DNA from: Malacoraja senta
Lineage: Eukaryota
Direction of reading: 5' to 3'
DNA length: 64,000 bases
Assembly: GCA_038087875.1 (NCBI GenBank)
Contig: CM075989.1
Span: forward strand, 16,060,001-16,124,000
Below are positions 1 through 13,294 of this stretch, in pieces (the first letter of the stretch is position 1; every line of letters starts with the position of its first letter). A model generated the notes under the pieces. The model had not been told where the DNA came from. It made no database searches and saw only the letters and a program-made list of their open reading frames with translations. The position numbers and the translations under genes were made by a program.

Positions 1-607
1 AGCGTTTTCTGCCCCTTAGTATTTCGTAGCTCTACCCATACCGATTCCACATCCTCCAAGCTAATGTCCTTCCTTTCCACTGCGTTAATCTCCTCTCTAA
101 CCAGCAACGCTACCCCACCTCCTTTTCCTTTCTCTCTATCCCTCCTGAATATTGAATATCCCTGGATGTTCAGCTCCCAGCCTTGGTCACCCTGGAGCCA
201 TGTCTCCGTGATCCCAACTATATCATAATCATTAATTGCTATCTGCACGTTCAACTCATCGACCTTATTACGAATGCTCCTTGCATTGAGACACAAAGCC
301 TTCAGGCTTGTTTTTACAACGCTCTTACCCCTTATACCATTATGTTGGAACGTGGCTCTTTTTGATTTTTGCCCTGGATTTGTCTGCCTGCCACTTTTAC
401 TTTTCACCTTGCTACCTATTGCTTCCGCCCGCATTTTGCACCCCTCTGTTTCTCTGCTCACCCATTTAAGAACCCCACCACCTCTTATTCTCTGTTTATT
501 ATTGTTTTCTTCTTTCCCCCCTACATGTTGGGTCTGAGTGCTTTCCTTCTCTGCCTCCTGCCTCACACACTGTCCAATAGCATTCTCTATTTGAGTCCCT
601 CCCCCCA
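1..607 (-). mobile_element. CR1/HER1-type LINE, start of ORF2 (AP endonuclease), runs off the left edge
   Basis: Open frame from ATG at 434: MRAEAIG...LKALCLNARSIRNKVDEL...DIVGITETWL...RRDR...GGGVALLV...ESVWVELRN. Confidence 0.9.
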
Positions 608-1317
608 ATAATATTATCAACACAGGTAACCTGGAACCTCATACTCTGCTGCCCATTGAACCTAGCTGTGGATAAATTGGCTACAGTTTCTACAATAGCG
701 ACTGTAGAGTGCGATGGGATATAAAGCTAAGCCTTTCCTTTTGAACATGACCAGTAAACGTTGTTAATTGCCTGTGTGATAAAAATGGAGGAGTTGGGAT
801 GTGTTCAATATGAATTGGCCACTGAGACAGGAGTATAAATGTTCTCAAGACGAGAGTGCACCATCATTTCCAACATAACAACATCGTGAGGCTTATTGGT
901 TTTCAGTCATGCTGAAAAATTATTGGAAATCCACTTTAAAACTTTGTTTCCAATGCCTGCCAATCATCAGAATACTCTTCAACCAGAGATCCTGATGCCC
1001 ACAAGAAGAAGTGGTTTAAATATGTGTGATGACTGGTATGTGAGCAGAACTATTTGTAAAGTGTGAGCTAATGTGCCCATCAATCCGATTCTTTATTGAA
1101 CTAAACATTCATGTCAACTTGTCATGCTAACTTATCCTGCGGGGATTTAACTGTGTCTAGGTAAAGTGAAGCATTAATCACAGTTGCAAAATCTTCTTTG
1201 CACATAATTACTTAACGGCCAACCATGACGTTGGTTTGCTGTTACTGGTCATCTTTCATTTAAAAAGCTTCAATTTTTTCATTAAGGAGATAAGAGTTCC
1301 TCATGAGTTAAACCCTT

Positions 1318-1396
1318 TTCTTCTTCTTCTTCTTCTTCTTCTTCTTCTTCTTCTTCTTCTTCTGCTTCTTCTTCTACTTCTTCTTCTTCTTCTTCT
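1318..1396. repeat. (CTT)n microsatellite
   Basis: About 25 nearly perfect CTT units. Confidence 0.95.
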
Positions 1397-1584
1397 GTTC
1401 GTTCTGTTCTTTCTGCCTTCTGAGAGTGCAACTACATTCAACAAACAAAGAGACAGTGTATGACCCCCTTCCCAGTTGTCAGGCCTGGAAGAAAGCTGAT
1501 GCCTTCTCTGGACACAATGCCCTGATTAAAATAAAAACAAAAGCTCGTGAAGAGAAAGGACTCTAAAGGTGTCAGTGATTTGAT

Positions 1585-1887
1585 GGGCAGCACGGCGGTA
1601 GAGTTGCTGCCTTACAGCGTCAGAGACCCGGATTCGATCCCGACTACGGGTGCTGTCTGTACGCAGTCTGTACGTTCTCCCCGTGACTTGCGTGGGTTTT
1701 CTCCGAGATCTTCGGTTTCCTCCCACACTCCAAAGATGCACATGCTTGTAGGTTAATTGGCTTGAATATAAATGTAAAATTGTCCCTAGTGTGTGTAGGG
1801 TAGTGTTAATGTGCGGGATCGCTGGTCGGTACTGACCCAGTGGGCTGAGGGGCCTGTTTCTGTGCTGTATCTCTAAACTAAACTAAA
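1585..1887 (+). mobile_element. tRNA-derived SINE (HE1/V-SINE-like)
   Basis: B-box-like GGATTCGATCC, shared central GGTTTCCTCCCACA core, CR1-like 3' end, (AAACT)n tail; many copies in the window. Confidence 0.85.
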
Positions 1888-2700
1888 TTTGTGTAAATCC
1901 AAATGGAACCGTGGCCTAAGGTGATATTGAGGAGTCTTGTGCCAACATTTTTTCCGATGCACTTGAACCATCGCACATGTATCTTATATTTCACAACTGT
2001 ACTGTGAGCATGAAGCCAAAACTGTTTCATGCTGACGTTGTTGGAATGCACGCAAGAAGACTACAAGTGTACGTGAGCCTGCGGGTTTGAACATTAGACC
2101 TGCCCTAACCAGACCCTCATGTCTAACAATAATTAGTCATGATAGAAGGCTTCACTGTGAAGTAATAGCATCCATCTCTGTGCAATTAGGCCTCCAGAAA
2201 TACTTGAGGGTAATGATTAATCTTCATTGATGTCTGATGGGACCTCAGAGAAAGGACCACTGAGCTACTTTTCTCAGCAGGTTCTCAATAACACCCCAGG
2301 GTTTTATCTAAAATGATGGGTGCTGGGAGTCTACATGTAATTTATTTAAACTAATAACGAGCATGTGAGTCTGGCTAATGTGATATATAGCGGATGAATT
2401 GAATAAAAATTTCTACCGGTTAATTTATATTAGAGTGGGAAGATTTCTGCCTTTGTGTTTTCTAATAATATTTTAGCAGAGTGCTAAAAGAGGGTGCCCA
2501 GCGAGAGAAAATCCACTGACTCTTCCTGTCTCCACTGCATTGAGATGCCCGATCATTAAACAAGATTTGATATATCAAGATCAAGAATATGCCATCTACC
2601 CTTGTAATGAGACAGTTAAGATAATGTACAAGATTTCTCTCCCGCCACTATATTAATTTCCACTTTGTCAACATCCTGTTTGTGGCGACTATTGCACACC

Positions 2701-3255
2701 TTTTTTTAAAAATCAAAAATAATTGTTCAAATATTAAAATAATATATACAGTGCAGTACAGTAAAAAACTGAGCCCACCACCATAATACACCACAAACGA
2801 TAAACTATCATACAACTATCTTACACTCCTTGTCATGGATGCATTCAACCCCCCCGCGGTGCCCAGCGGTCCCAGAAATCCCCCAGGGTGCCCGTCAACA
2901 GCGCATAGTCCCTCTCTAACCCCACCCGGGCACAGACGTAACCCCGGAAAAGGGGCAGGCAGCCGACTCGGGCAGAGCCCTCTTCCACCTGGCGCCTTGA
3001 CTCGCGGATGGCCAGCTTGGCCAGGCCCAGGAGCAACCCAACCAGGACATCCTCGGCCCTACCCTCTCCCCTACGCCCAGGGTGTCCGAAGATGAGGATG
3101 GTGGGTGAGAAGTGCAGCCAGAAGGCAAGGAGCAGCCCCTTTTAGATAATGGAACAGGGGGCTGCAACCCCACACACTCCACATACACGTGGTACACAGA
3201 CGCTTCCAGCCCGCAAAAGAAACAGGTTGCAGGGACTCCTCGTACCCTCCACCCC
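2701..3255 (-). mobile_element. 5'-truncated L1/Tx1-like non-LTR retrotransposon 3' end
   Basis: Frameshifted CFFCGLEASVYHVYVEC zinc knuckle, LLGLAKLAI and FWDRWAP ORF2 C-terminus, A-tail, TSD CTATTGCACACC(TT) at 2689 and 3256. Confidence 0.8.
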
Positions 3256-3344
3256 CTATTGCACACCTTGGGTGTGCAAGCAAAGAATTTCACTCTGACT
3301 TGTCACATGTGACAATATTCAATTCAAGGCAATTCAATTCACTA

Positions 3345-3490
3345 GGTAGACACAAATGCTGGAGTAACACAGCGGGACAAGCAGCATCTCTGGAGAGAAG
3401 GAATGGGTGACGTTTTTGGTCAAGACCCTTCTTCAGACTTTGATTTACCTTCGATTTAAACCAGCATCTGCAGTTCTTTCCTGCAAATTA
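3345..3490. mobile_element. Penelope-derived terminal-repeat module
   Basis: Family sequence with a degenerate hammerhead core on -; TSD CAATTCACTA at 3335 and 3491. Confidence 0.7.
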
Positions 3491-4022
3491 CAATTCACTA
3501 TATTGGAAGCCTCCAGAGAGGGGAGACTGAGGTGAGTTTCTCGTGGCTCACCCCATTATATCTGCGTGTGTGGCTGTGTGCTTCCAGTCGGGTGTTACGT
3601 TAATTCTCTGACCACTCACTGTGATCTCTCAGTCCCAATCGTACGATGGCTCCGTTGTAATCGTATGTAGTCTTTCCGCTGACTGGTTAGAACGCAACAA
3701 AGAGCTTTTCACTGTACCTTCACATGTGATACTAAACTAAACTAAAGTGGACAAATGTAATGCAAAGAGCAAGTGCTGAAAATAGTCAAATAGCCTGGGC
3801 CGTGTCAGTGGGAAGAGAAGCAGAGTTAACATTTCAGGCACAAGACCTCTCCACATAGACATTTGGACAGATATATAAACAGGAAAGGTTGAGAGGGATA
3901 TGGGCCAAATGCAAGTAGGTGGGTCTAGTGTAGATCTGGCATCTTGGTCGGCATGGGTAAGTTGGGCTGAAGGGTCTGCTTCTGTGCTATATGTGTCTAT
4001 AAAACACCTCATTTTCTGACTA

Positions 4023-4192
4023 GACATGTCGCGGGGTGACGCCTGTTTGATGGTGAGTAGTCGCCCAAAGAGTCGTACCTTTTTCTGGTCGCCGCTGGAT
4101 TTTCAACATGTTGAAAATTTTCGGCAACCTGCTGCGACTATGATGGGTGCCGGCAAGTCGCCGAAAAAAATCGCGTAAGTGGGACAGGCCCT
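4023..4192. mobile_element. Right half of a Harbinger-like MITE (same family as 53389-53695)
   Basis: Near-identical to 53515-53695; ends AAGTGGGACAGGCCCT then TTA. Confidence 0.75.
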
Positions 4193-5183
4193 TTATGGAG
4201 AGTGAAACTCAAATGAAAATGCTGGAAATAGTAATTATCATAGAGTCATACAGCACAGGAACAGGTCCTTCTGTCCACCAAGTATGTGCTGACCACCAAG
4301 CACTCATATCTGAGCATACTACTGAAGATTCGTCAAACTGATCGGTCGAAGAGCACGACTATTTCTTACATTGTACCTCGGTCATGGAGCCCCTGCACAG
4401 GATCAGACACCCGGTAACAGTGAGAGGCAGCACAAAATCTGGTAAGATCGTTGGGGCACTTGTCAACAAGATGAACGTTTGGGGCTCCATTGCTTTGCAT
4501 CATAGGCCTGGCCACGCCGCGGCGTTACGCAGCACTACCTCTGAAGCACGTGATCTGCTTTTTACACCTCGCCCTGGTCTGGTAGCTGTTTGAGGCATTT
4601 AATATTCATGCACTTGCAAAACATGAAGGCTTTACTTTATTTCAAAATTATATTCTCAGCAGATGGCACCATCAGGAAGTCTTTGGCACGGTGAGAAATG
4701 CCAAACTTCGCTGTCAGTGAAGCTGGCAATAATTCTTCGTGGATTTTATTACTTGCAAAGCCTCACTTGCAGAGTTATTTATCGTATCTCAAGTCTGTTC
4801 TTCCGTTTAGCACATTTTCTCATTAGGGCATTTGGGAAGGTATGTGTGGGAACCCACGAGTCCTCCGGGTGATGGAAACCAATAGGTTTTGATTTATAAA
4901 AGCTATTACCAGTTCACATTAGCATCCGGTGAGACTAGCTGTTTGTAAGATATTGTAATGATTGTGCATGCGTACTAGATATTGCACTTCGGGGCTCAGA
5001 TATCAAGAGGGAGTGTCCTTTCATAGCTCCGACCTCAATGCTGTCACCACATCGCACGCTCACCCCCGAATCTACCCCTTCACCAAACCCCCTCCTGGTA
5101 CTCATTCACACCTTAGATACACTGCACTATCTTCCAGCAGCCTACTGCTGGTATGCCAAGTGTATGGCTTCACTCTGCGATGT

Positions 5184-5383
5184 NNNNNNNNNNNNNNNNN
5201 NNNNNNNNNNNNNNNNNNNNNNNNNNNNNNNNNNNNNNNNNNNNNNNNNNNNNNNNNNNNNNNNNNNNNNNNNNNNNNNNNNNNNNNNNNNNNNNNNNNN
5301 NNNNNNNNNNNNNNNNNNNNNNNNNNNNNNNNNNNNNNNNNNNNNNNNNNNNNNNNNNNNNNNNNNNNNNNNNNNNNNNNNNN
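5184..5383. other. Assembly gap
   Basis: 200 consecutive N. Confidence 1.
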
Positions 5384-5415
5384 CTCTTTCAGTGGCTTTC
5401 CTGTGCGATTCTAAT

Positions 5416-5745
5416 CCTCGCATGGGGACCTCATTGAAACCTACTGAATAATGAAGCGCCTGGTTAGAGTGGAAGTGGGGAGCATGTTTCCAGTCGTAGA
5501 GAGTCTAGGACTAGAGGGCACAGCCTCAGAATAAAAGGACTTACCTTTACAATGGAGATGAGGAGCATGGTTTTTTCAGCAAGAGGGTGGTGAATCTGTG
5601 GAATTTATTGCCACAGCAGCTGTGGAGGCCAAGTGGCCAAGTCATTGGGTATTTTTAAAGCGGCGATTGATCGGTCTTTGATCAGTAAGGGAGTCAAGGT
5701 TACAGGGGGAAGGCAGGAGAATGGGGTTGAGAGGGAATGATTGAT
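5416..5745 (+). mobile_element. CR1 LINE 3' fragment (resumes at about 7307-7350 after a nested insertion)
   Basis: GTGGTGAATCTGTGGAAT motif of the CR1 ORF2 end; its 3' UTR continues after 7306. Confidence 0.8.
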
Positions 5746-7305
5746 ATAACCATATAACCATTACAGCACGGAAACAGGCCATCTCGGCCCTTCAAGTCCG
5801 TGCCGAACACTTTTTTAAATTATTTTTATTATTTATTTATTTATATATATTTTTTATTTAGTCCCATCTACCTGCACTCAGACCATAAACCTCCAGTTCC
5901 TTTCCCGTCCTTATACCCATCCAATCTATTTTTAAAGGATAAAATTGAACCTGCCTCCACCACTTCCACTGGAAGCTCATTCCACACAGCTACCACTCTC
6001 TGAGTAAAGAAGTTCCTCCTAATGTTACCCCTAAACTTCTGTCCCTTAATTCTCAAGTCATGTCCCCTTGTTTGAATCTTCCCTACTCTCAATGGGAAAA
6101 TTTTATCCACGTCAACTCTGTCAAACCCGCTCATAATTTTAAAGACCTCTATCAAGTCCCCTCTTAACCTTCTGCGCTCTAAAGAATAAAGACCTAACTT
6201 GTTCAACCTTTCTCTGTAACTTAGATGCTGAAACCCAGGCAACATTCTAGTAAATCTCCTCTGTACTCTCTCTATTTTGTTGACATCCTTCCTATAATTA
6301 GGCGAATAAAATTGTACTCCATACTCCAGAATTGGCCTCACCAATGCCTTGTACAATTTTAACATTACATCCCAACTTCTATGTTCAATGCTCTGATTTA
6401 TTAGGGCCAGCACACCAAAAGCTTTCTTTACCACCCTATCTACATGAGATTCCACCTTCAGGGAACTATGCACAGTTATTCCTAGATCCCTCTGTTCAAC
6501 TGCATTCCTCAATTCGCTACCATTTACCATGTACGTCCTATTTTGATTTGTCCTGCCGAGATGTAGCACCTCACATTTATCAGCATTAAACTCCATCTGC
6601 CATCTTTCAGCCCACTCTTCCAAATGGCCTAAATCTCTCTGTAGACTTTGAAAATCTACTTCATTATCCACAACACCACCTATCTTAGTATCATCTGCAT
6701 ACTTACTAATCCAATTTTCCACACCATCATCCAGATCATTGATGTACATGACAAACAACAGTGGACCCAACACAGACCCCTGAGGCACCCCACTAGTCAC
6801 CGGCCTCCAACCTGACAAACAGCCATCCACCATACTCTCTGGCATCTCCCATTCAGCCACTGTTGAATCCATCTTGCTACTCCACCATTAATACCCAACA
6901 ATTGAATCTTCTTAACCAACCTTCCATGAGGAACCTTGTCAAAGGCCTTACTGAAGTCCATATAGACAACATCCACTGCTTTACCCTCATCAATTTCCCT
7001 AGTAACCTCTTCGAAAATTCAAGAAGATTAGTCAAACATGACCTTCCAGGCACAAATCCACGTTGACTGTTCCTAATCAGACCCTGCTTATCCAGATGCT
7101 TATATATATTATCTTTAAGTATCCTTTCCATTAATTTGCCCACCATTGACGTCAAACTAACAGGTCTATAATTGCTAGGTTTACTCTTAGAACCCTTTTT
7201 AAACAACGGAACAACACTGCGCAGTACGCCAATCCTCCGGCACTATTCCCGTTTCTAATGACATTTGAAATATTTCTGTCATAGCCCCTGCTATTTCGAC
7301 CATTT
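5746..7305 (-). mobile_element. CR1/HER1 LINE, 5'-truncated, RT domain with frameshifts
   Basis: ORFs 6877-7206 (NYRPVSLTS) and 5868-6872 (GVPQGSVLGP, YADD); (GGTTATAT)n tail. Confidence 0.95.
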
Positions 7306-7873
7306 CTAGATCAGCCATGATGGAATGGCAGAGCAGACTTGATGGGCCAAACTGCTACCAACATGCTTGTCCAACTCAAACATTTATCACCTAGTGTTCC
7401 CACCAACTCTCGCCTGACCCTCACCAAACCAGCCCTGATGAAGAGTCTCAACCTGAAATGTTAACTGTTCATTCCCCTCCATAGATGTTGCCTGACCCGC
7501 AGAGTGCCTCCTATTGCCCACAATAAACTGTGGACTGACCCAATCACCAGACCCATCTAAATCCTGATTGCAAGCTCCACTTCATCACACCGTCCAGCAG
7601 CCAATTCATCTCTCTACCTATGAACCACCTTGAACCTCAAGATCCAAATCCCACCCAACTGGTGGACTGGTCAACTCCCCTCTCCAACCTCTTTCCCCTT
7701 GACCTCACTTTCATTTTTTTTCCATTCCCAGTGTCTTGACCTCTTTGCTTCCCTTGCACACTTTGCAACGACACACAAAACATGCAAGACCTGCTCTGTA
7801 GCCTACCACATCTAGAGCCTCGTGGACTGCACAGTTTCTCACCCCTCATTTACTCTCTCAAGCACCGCACCAT

Positions 7874-8178
7874 GTTTAGCTTAGTTTAGAGATACAGGGC
7901 GGAAACAGGCCCTTCGGCCCACCAAGTCAGCGCCGACCATCGATTCTTGTACATTAGCACTATCCTACACACTAGGGACAAAATACAATTTTTACCAAAG
8001 CCAATTAACCTACAAACCTGTACTTCTTTGGAATGTGGGTGGAAACTGGAACACCTGTGGAAAACCCAAGTGGTCATGGGGAGAACGTACAAACTCTGTA
8101 CAGACAGCACCATTTGTCGGGATTGAACCTGGATCTCTGGCGCTGCAAGGTAGAAAGTCTACCACCACGCCTCTATGC
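7874..8178 (-). mobile_element. HE1/V-SINE-like SINE
   Basis: Reverse complement of the 1585-1887 family. Confidence 0.85.
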
Positions 8179-10271
8179 CCCTTTTTTTAAAAAACAATTT
8201 CATTGTGTTACACCATAATTACAGATCAGAAAATGCAAAGACAAAGGTCCTGATCTTATTGCAGATCAGGTGATCAATGGTATTTGTATTCAGGAGATAA
8301 CACAAAATAAACACTTATTTATGTGAAGAACACATAAAACCAATTGCAGGTCAGTTGAGCCTGATCACCATTTACCCGGCAGCCTACTGTCAGTCCCCGA
8401 ATCAGACACAAACAGCTGTTGGACGATATCTGGACATCAAGAGAATAATCAATGCTTTTTGGCTTAGCTTACTACAAGCTGTGGGCTTTGGGCAAAAAAA
8501 CCCAACAAAATATTGCAAAATAAACGATGTTCTTTTCAAAAGCCGCTAAAGGTCAGAAATGAATTTTGAGACGTAATTGTGTCACTTTGTCGCTGAGGCA
8601 ATCTGCACTTTGAAACAGCCGGTGAACAGAAAGGCTGAGACACGGCCCAACGCACACAGTGGCGCACTCAGAGGGGTTGCCCACACTCACACGTCCACAG
8701 CATCCACTTAGAGACAGCACTGTTTTATCTGGAGCAACAATTTGCTGGAGAAACACAACAGGTCAAGCAGCATCTGTGTGTGCGTGGGGGGGGGGGGTGA
8801 AGGAATGGTCTCCATTATGCCTCTTGTGTCTCCATTATACCAGTCAACTGTAGAGTCCCTTAAAGACAAACCTATTTGATGAAGTTTTCTTCCTGTGTTC
8901 TGTGAAGCCCTCTCTCATCGCTCCTCTCTCTCTGGTTAATTCCTCTCCCCCCACAGATGCCGTTTGACCGCTCCACTTCCTCCGGCAGTTTGTTTATTTG
9001 CTCCACATTCCAGCATCTGCTATCTTTTGTGTCTGCACGGATATATCTGGACTGAGAGCTTGGAGTTAAATGAGCAGGCCTTCATTTATTTCTCCATCGG
9101 GGTAAAGACAGTAGTTCTCAGTATAATGCTGGCCAGCTGCTTTGTATGTTTGCACCCCATCTTATTTTGGTTTCTCTCCATTGCAGGCGTTAGGCTTTTA
9201 GTTCAGCGAGGAATGATCTTGTATAATCATCCAGGACAATCAGTAACTGAGTTCTCTCAAAGTCTTTCAGAATTCAGTCACCTCTCTCTCTGTTTCCTAC
9301 CCTCTTACATCCTGGGCTATGTCACAGAGGGTGGTGGGTGCCTGGAACTCACTGCCAGAAGTGGAATGGAATGCAATGGAATACTTTATTGTGGCCTGTG
9401 ACAAGGCACAGTGAAGTTCTTTGCTTGCATATACCCAAGGCATGCAAATAGTCGCCACATACTGCGCTGACAAAGTTACTCCCCTTCCCTCCCCCTCCTC
9501 CGGGTCCTCCATTGTTCACCCCCCCCCCCCCTCCCCATCTCCTGGTGGTCCCACCACGTCAGATCTTCCATTGTTCACTGTTCTTCCCCCTCCCTCATGG
9601 CGGTCCCCCCACGCCAGGTCCCCCTTTGTTCTCAGGCAGATACGCTAGTGGTGTTAAAGAGGCTTTCGGATAGACAATAGACAATAGGTGCAGGAGTAGG
9701 CCATTCGGGGCCACAGGGATATGCAGGGAGTGGAGGGATATGGGTCACGTGAAGGCAGAGATTAGTTTAACTTGACATCGGACATTGTGGGCTGAAGAGC
9801 CTGTTCCTATGTTCTATGTTCTATGTTTCATGTTTCCCTCCAGTCCAGCCCTCTTTATAACTTCTACCTCTTAGTCTACTTCTCTTGTCCCCTGTTGCAA
9901 CATGATCCACTCAGTCATGCCCATTCAGTTCTTCCCTTGCCTATTTGATTCAATTTATTTCTTATATTATTTTTCTTATGGCTACTTTCCTCCCAGTTGT
10001 GTTTTCTCTCCCAGACTGACCATCTCCAGCCACCACTGTAGCTCTGACCCAATCTGCCTCCCACCTCTCCCTCAGCGGTTTTCTCAATGTCTGCCTGCTA
10101 TTTCAGCCAATGGTCAGGTTTTGACACACATCACGTTCTAATGCTGCTCCAGTGTAATGAGGCTCGTCACAGATATTAACCTGCACCTGCACACATTTTA
10201 AAAACAGAAGTAAGAAATGCCGTGGTAACCCACAAAGATATCTATTGATACCAAAGCTGCCTACGTGTGCC

Positions 10272-11615
10272 CATAGAGTGATACAGTGTGGAAACAGGCC
10301 CTTCAGCCCAACTCGCCCACACCGGCCAACAATGTCCCAGCTACCCTAGTCCCACTTGCTTGCACTTGGTCCATATCCCTCCAAACCTGTCCTATCCATG
10401 CACCTGTCTAATTGTTTCTTAAACGATGGGATAGTCCCAGCCTCAACTACCTCCTCTGGAAGCTTGTTCCATACACCCACCACCCTCTGTGTGAAAAAGT
10501 TACCCCTCGGATTCCTATTAAATCTTTTCCCCTTCACCTTGAACCCATGTCCTCTGGTCCTCGATTCCCCTACTCTGGGCATAAGACTCTGGGCATCTAT
10601 CCAATCTATTCCTCTCATGATTTTGTATACCTCTATAAGATCTCCCATCATCCTCCTGCGCTCCATGGAATAGAGACCCAGCCGACTCATCCTCTCCCTA
10701 TAGCTCACACCCTTTAGTCCTGGCAACATCCTCATAAATCTTTTCTGAATGCTTTCAAGCTTGACAATATCTTTCCTATAACATCATGCCCAGAACTGAA
10801 CACAATATTCTAAATGCGGTCTCACCAACGTCTTATACATCTGCAATATGACCTCCCAACTTCTAAACTCAATACTCTGACTGTTGAAGGCCAAAGTGCC
10901 AAAAGCCTTTTTGACCACCTTATCTACCTGCGACTCGACCTTCAAGGAACCATGCACCTGTACTCCTAGATACCTCCACTCTACAACACTACCCAGAGGC
11001 CTACCATTTACTGTGTAGGTCCTGCCCTTGTTAGACGTCCCAAAATGCAACACCTCACATTTTTCTGTATTAAATTCCATCAACCATTCCTCAGCCCACA
11101 GGCCAATCGATCCAGACCCTGCTGCAATCTTTCATAACCATCTTCACCATCTGCAAAACCACTCACTTTTGTATCATCAGCAAACTTGCTAATCTTGCCC
11201 TGTATGTTCTCATCCAAATCATTGATGTAGATGACAAACAGTAACGGGCCCAGCACCGAACCCTGAGGCACATCGCTAGTCACAGGCCTCCAGTCCAAGA
11301 AGCAACCTTCCACCATCACCCTCTGCTTCCTTCCATCGAGCCAATTTCCTATCCATTCAGCTATCTCTCCCATGCGATCTAACCTTCCAGAGCAGCCTAC
11401 CATGCAGAACCTTGTCGAATGCCTTACTGAAGTCCATGTACGCAACATCTACAGCTCTGCCCTCATCGACCTTTTTGGTCACGTCTTCAAAAAAATCAAT
11501 CAGATTTGTGAGACATGACCTCCCACATTCAAAACCATGCTGACTATCCCTAATCAGCCCTTGCCCATCCAAATGCCTGTATAACCTATCCCTCAGAATA
11601 CTCTCCAGTAACTTA
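10272..11615 (-). mobile_element. CR1 LINE, 5'-truncated, frameshifted RT
   Basis: DFSKAFDKV, VPQGSVLGP, FADD and RPHLEYCVQFW across ORFs 10346-11572. Confidence 0.95.
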
Positions 11616-11705
11616 CATTTCTTCTTAACAATAGGCAGGTATAATTATGATATTTTAAAGCCACTTACACAGGTACGTAGATAAGAACGTTTTATTGTTT
11701 TCTCG

Positions 11706-11990
11706 AGATACAACACGAAGACAGGCCCTTCCGCCCATTGAGTCCATGCCATCCATTGACCACTCATTCACATTAGTTCTATATTATCCAATTTTCGCAT
11801 CCGCTCCCTACACACTAGGGGCCAATTAACCTACAAACCTGCACGTCATTAAGGTAAGGGAGGAAACCGGAGCACCTGGAGGAAACCCATAAGTCAGAAG
11901 GAGAATGTGCAAACTCCACACAGGCAGCACCCAAGGTCAGGTTCGAACCTGGGTCTCTGGCGCTGTGAGGCAGCAGTTCTACCAGCCGGA
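11706..11990 (-). mobile_element. HE1/V-SINE-like SINE
   Basis: Family match, including GGAGGAAACCGGAGCAC and GGTTCGAACC. Confidence 0.8.
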
Positions 11991-12214
11991 CAATCGTGAC
12001 TCAGCCACAGGAGGAAAAGAGAAGGATGAGGGATATGGGCCAGATGTGGGCAAATAGGACTAGCTCATTTAGGCAATTTGGACAGCATAGACAAGTTGAG
12101 CTGAAGGGCCTATTTCCATGCTGTATGACTCAATGATTCTATGGCGGTTTCCGAAGGCGTTTGGTTATTTAATGAGGGAAAAAATAACAAGCAGAAAAAG
12201 TAATACCATCTAAG

Positions 12215-12612
12215 GGTTGTAACATTGAATTCTCCAATATTAGGTCATCTCTAACAAACCTTCCTGCCCCTCCCCTTCTTCCCCCACATGCTCCTTTCTG
12301 CACCCCTTCCCTAACTCGCACACTCCACTCTCCCTCCACTTACATTCCTTCCTCTGGCTTCACAATTCACATCTCTTCAATCCTTTTGTCTCTGGCCTTT
12401 GTCCAACCATCTGCCTATCAGTAACCCTCCTCGCCTCTGTTCACTTACTACTTGCCAAGCTTTGTTTTGCCCCTCGTCTCTCCCAGCTTTCTTCATCTCC
12501 CCCCCCCCCCCATAATCAGTCTGAAGAAGGATTCCGACCCAAAGTGGCACCTATCCCTGTTCTCCAGGGATGCTGTCTAACCCTCGGAGTTATTCCAGCA
12601 CTTTGTGTCTCT
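12215..12612 (+). mobile_element. Penelope-like element 3' end
   Basis: Degenerate end of the endonuclease ORF (AACATTGAATTCTCCAAT), pyrimidine tract, CAGTCTGAAGAAGG terminal module. Confidence 0.65.
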
Positions 12613-13294
12613 CTTTTAATAACACAGTGGAACATCTAATCTTGTTGCATTACTCCATTGTGGTCAGTTATTCTTCATGATTTTTGGAAAAAGTGGTATT
12701 TGGTCCCATAAAAGATTCTGTTTATGTGCGTGAGTCTCAGGCTGTGTAATCCACCACAAGTGGTCATTAAAGTAAATGAGTCATGATGTCCCACAGACCA
12801 AGATCATGTCCCTAGCATAATTCGAAAGGATGAGTTTTCATTTTACATCGGAGCATCAGTCAACAAGCAATGTTGCCCTCTAGCCAACTGCATCCATTGG
12901 GAAGAGTCCCATCTGTTTGTGGGATACTGACTGCACGCATGGGTTCTTGGGTCATTGCGGTGACACCAGCTACCACAGCAGCGGCAGATCATTGAGACGA
13001 GGAGCAGGAAGATCACAGAGGAAGACAGAGAGGTCCCAGCAAGGTCCAAAGCAGCAACTAGCTTCCCAAGAGCAGCATGTCAGCTGGATGGAGCTAAGCT
13101 CAGAGCAGATCACTGATGTGTTGCTTGCACCATGGTGCATGAAGTGGTTCACAGTTGTAGAGAATTGTGGATGTAGCCCAATCCATCGCACAGACCAACC
13201 TCCCCACCATCATCACAAGGCCTCGGGAAAGTAGCCAAGGACTTTTCCCACTTCAGTCATTCCATCTTCTCCTCGCACTCGTCGGGCAGAAACC

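Noticed and set aside
1236..1463. Poly-Leu ORF resembling a signal peptide
   Set aside because: Translation of the (CTT)n microsatellite
4663..4872. Possible LIPC exon 1 (ATG ORF with an AAG|GTATGT donor)
   Set aside because: No signal-peptide character, and the donor is phase 0 whereas exon 2 needs phase 1
4962..5451. ORFs containing long X runs
   Set aside because: Artefacts of the 200-N gap
5868..6872. Host or domesticated reverse transcriptase gene
   Set aside because: 5'-truncated, frameshifted CR1 copy similar to several others in the window
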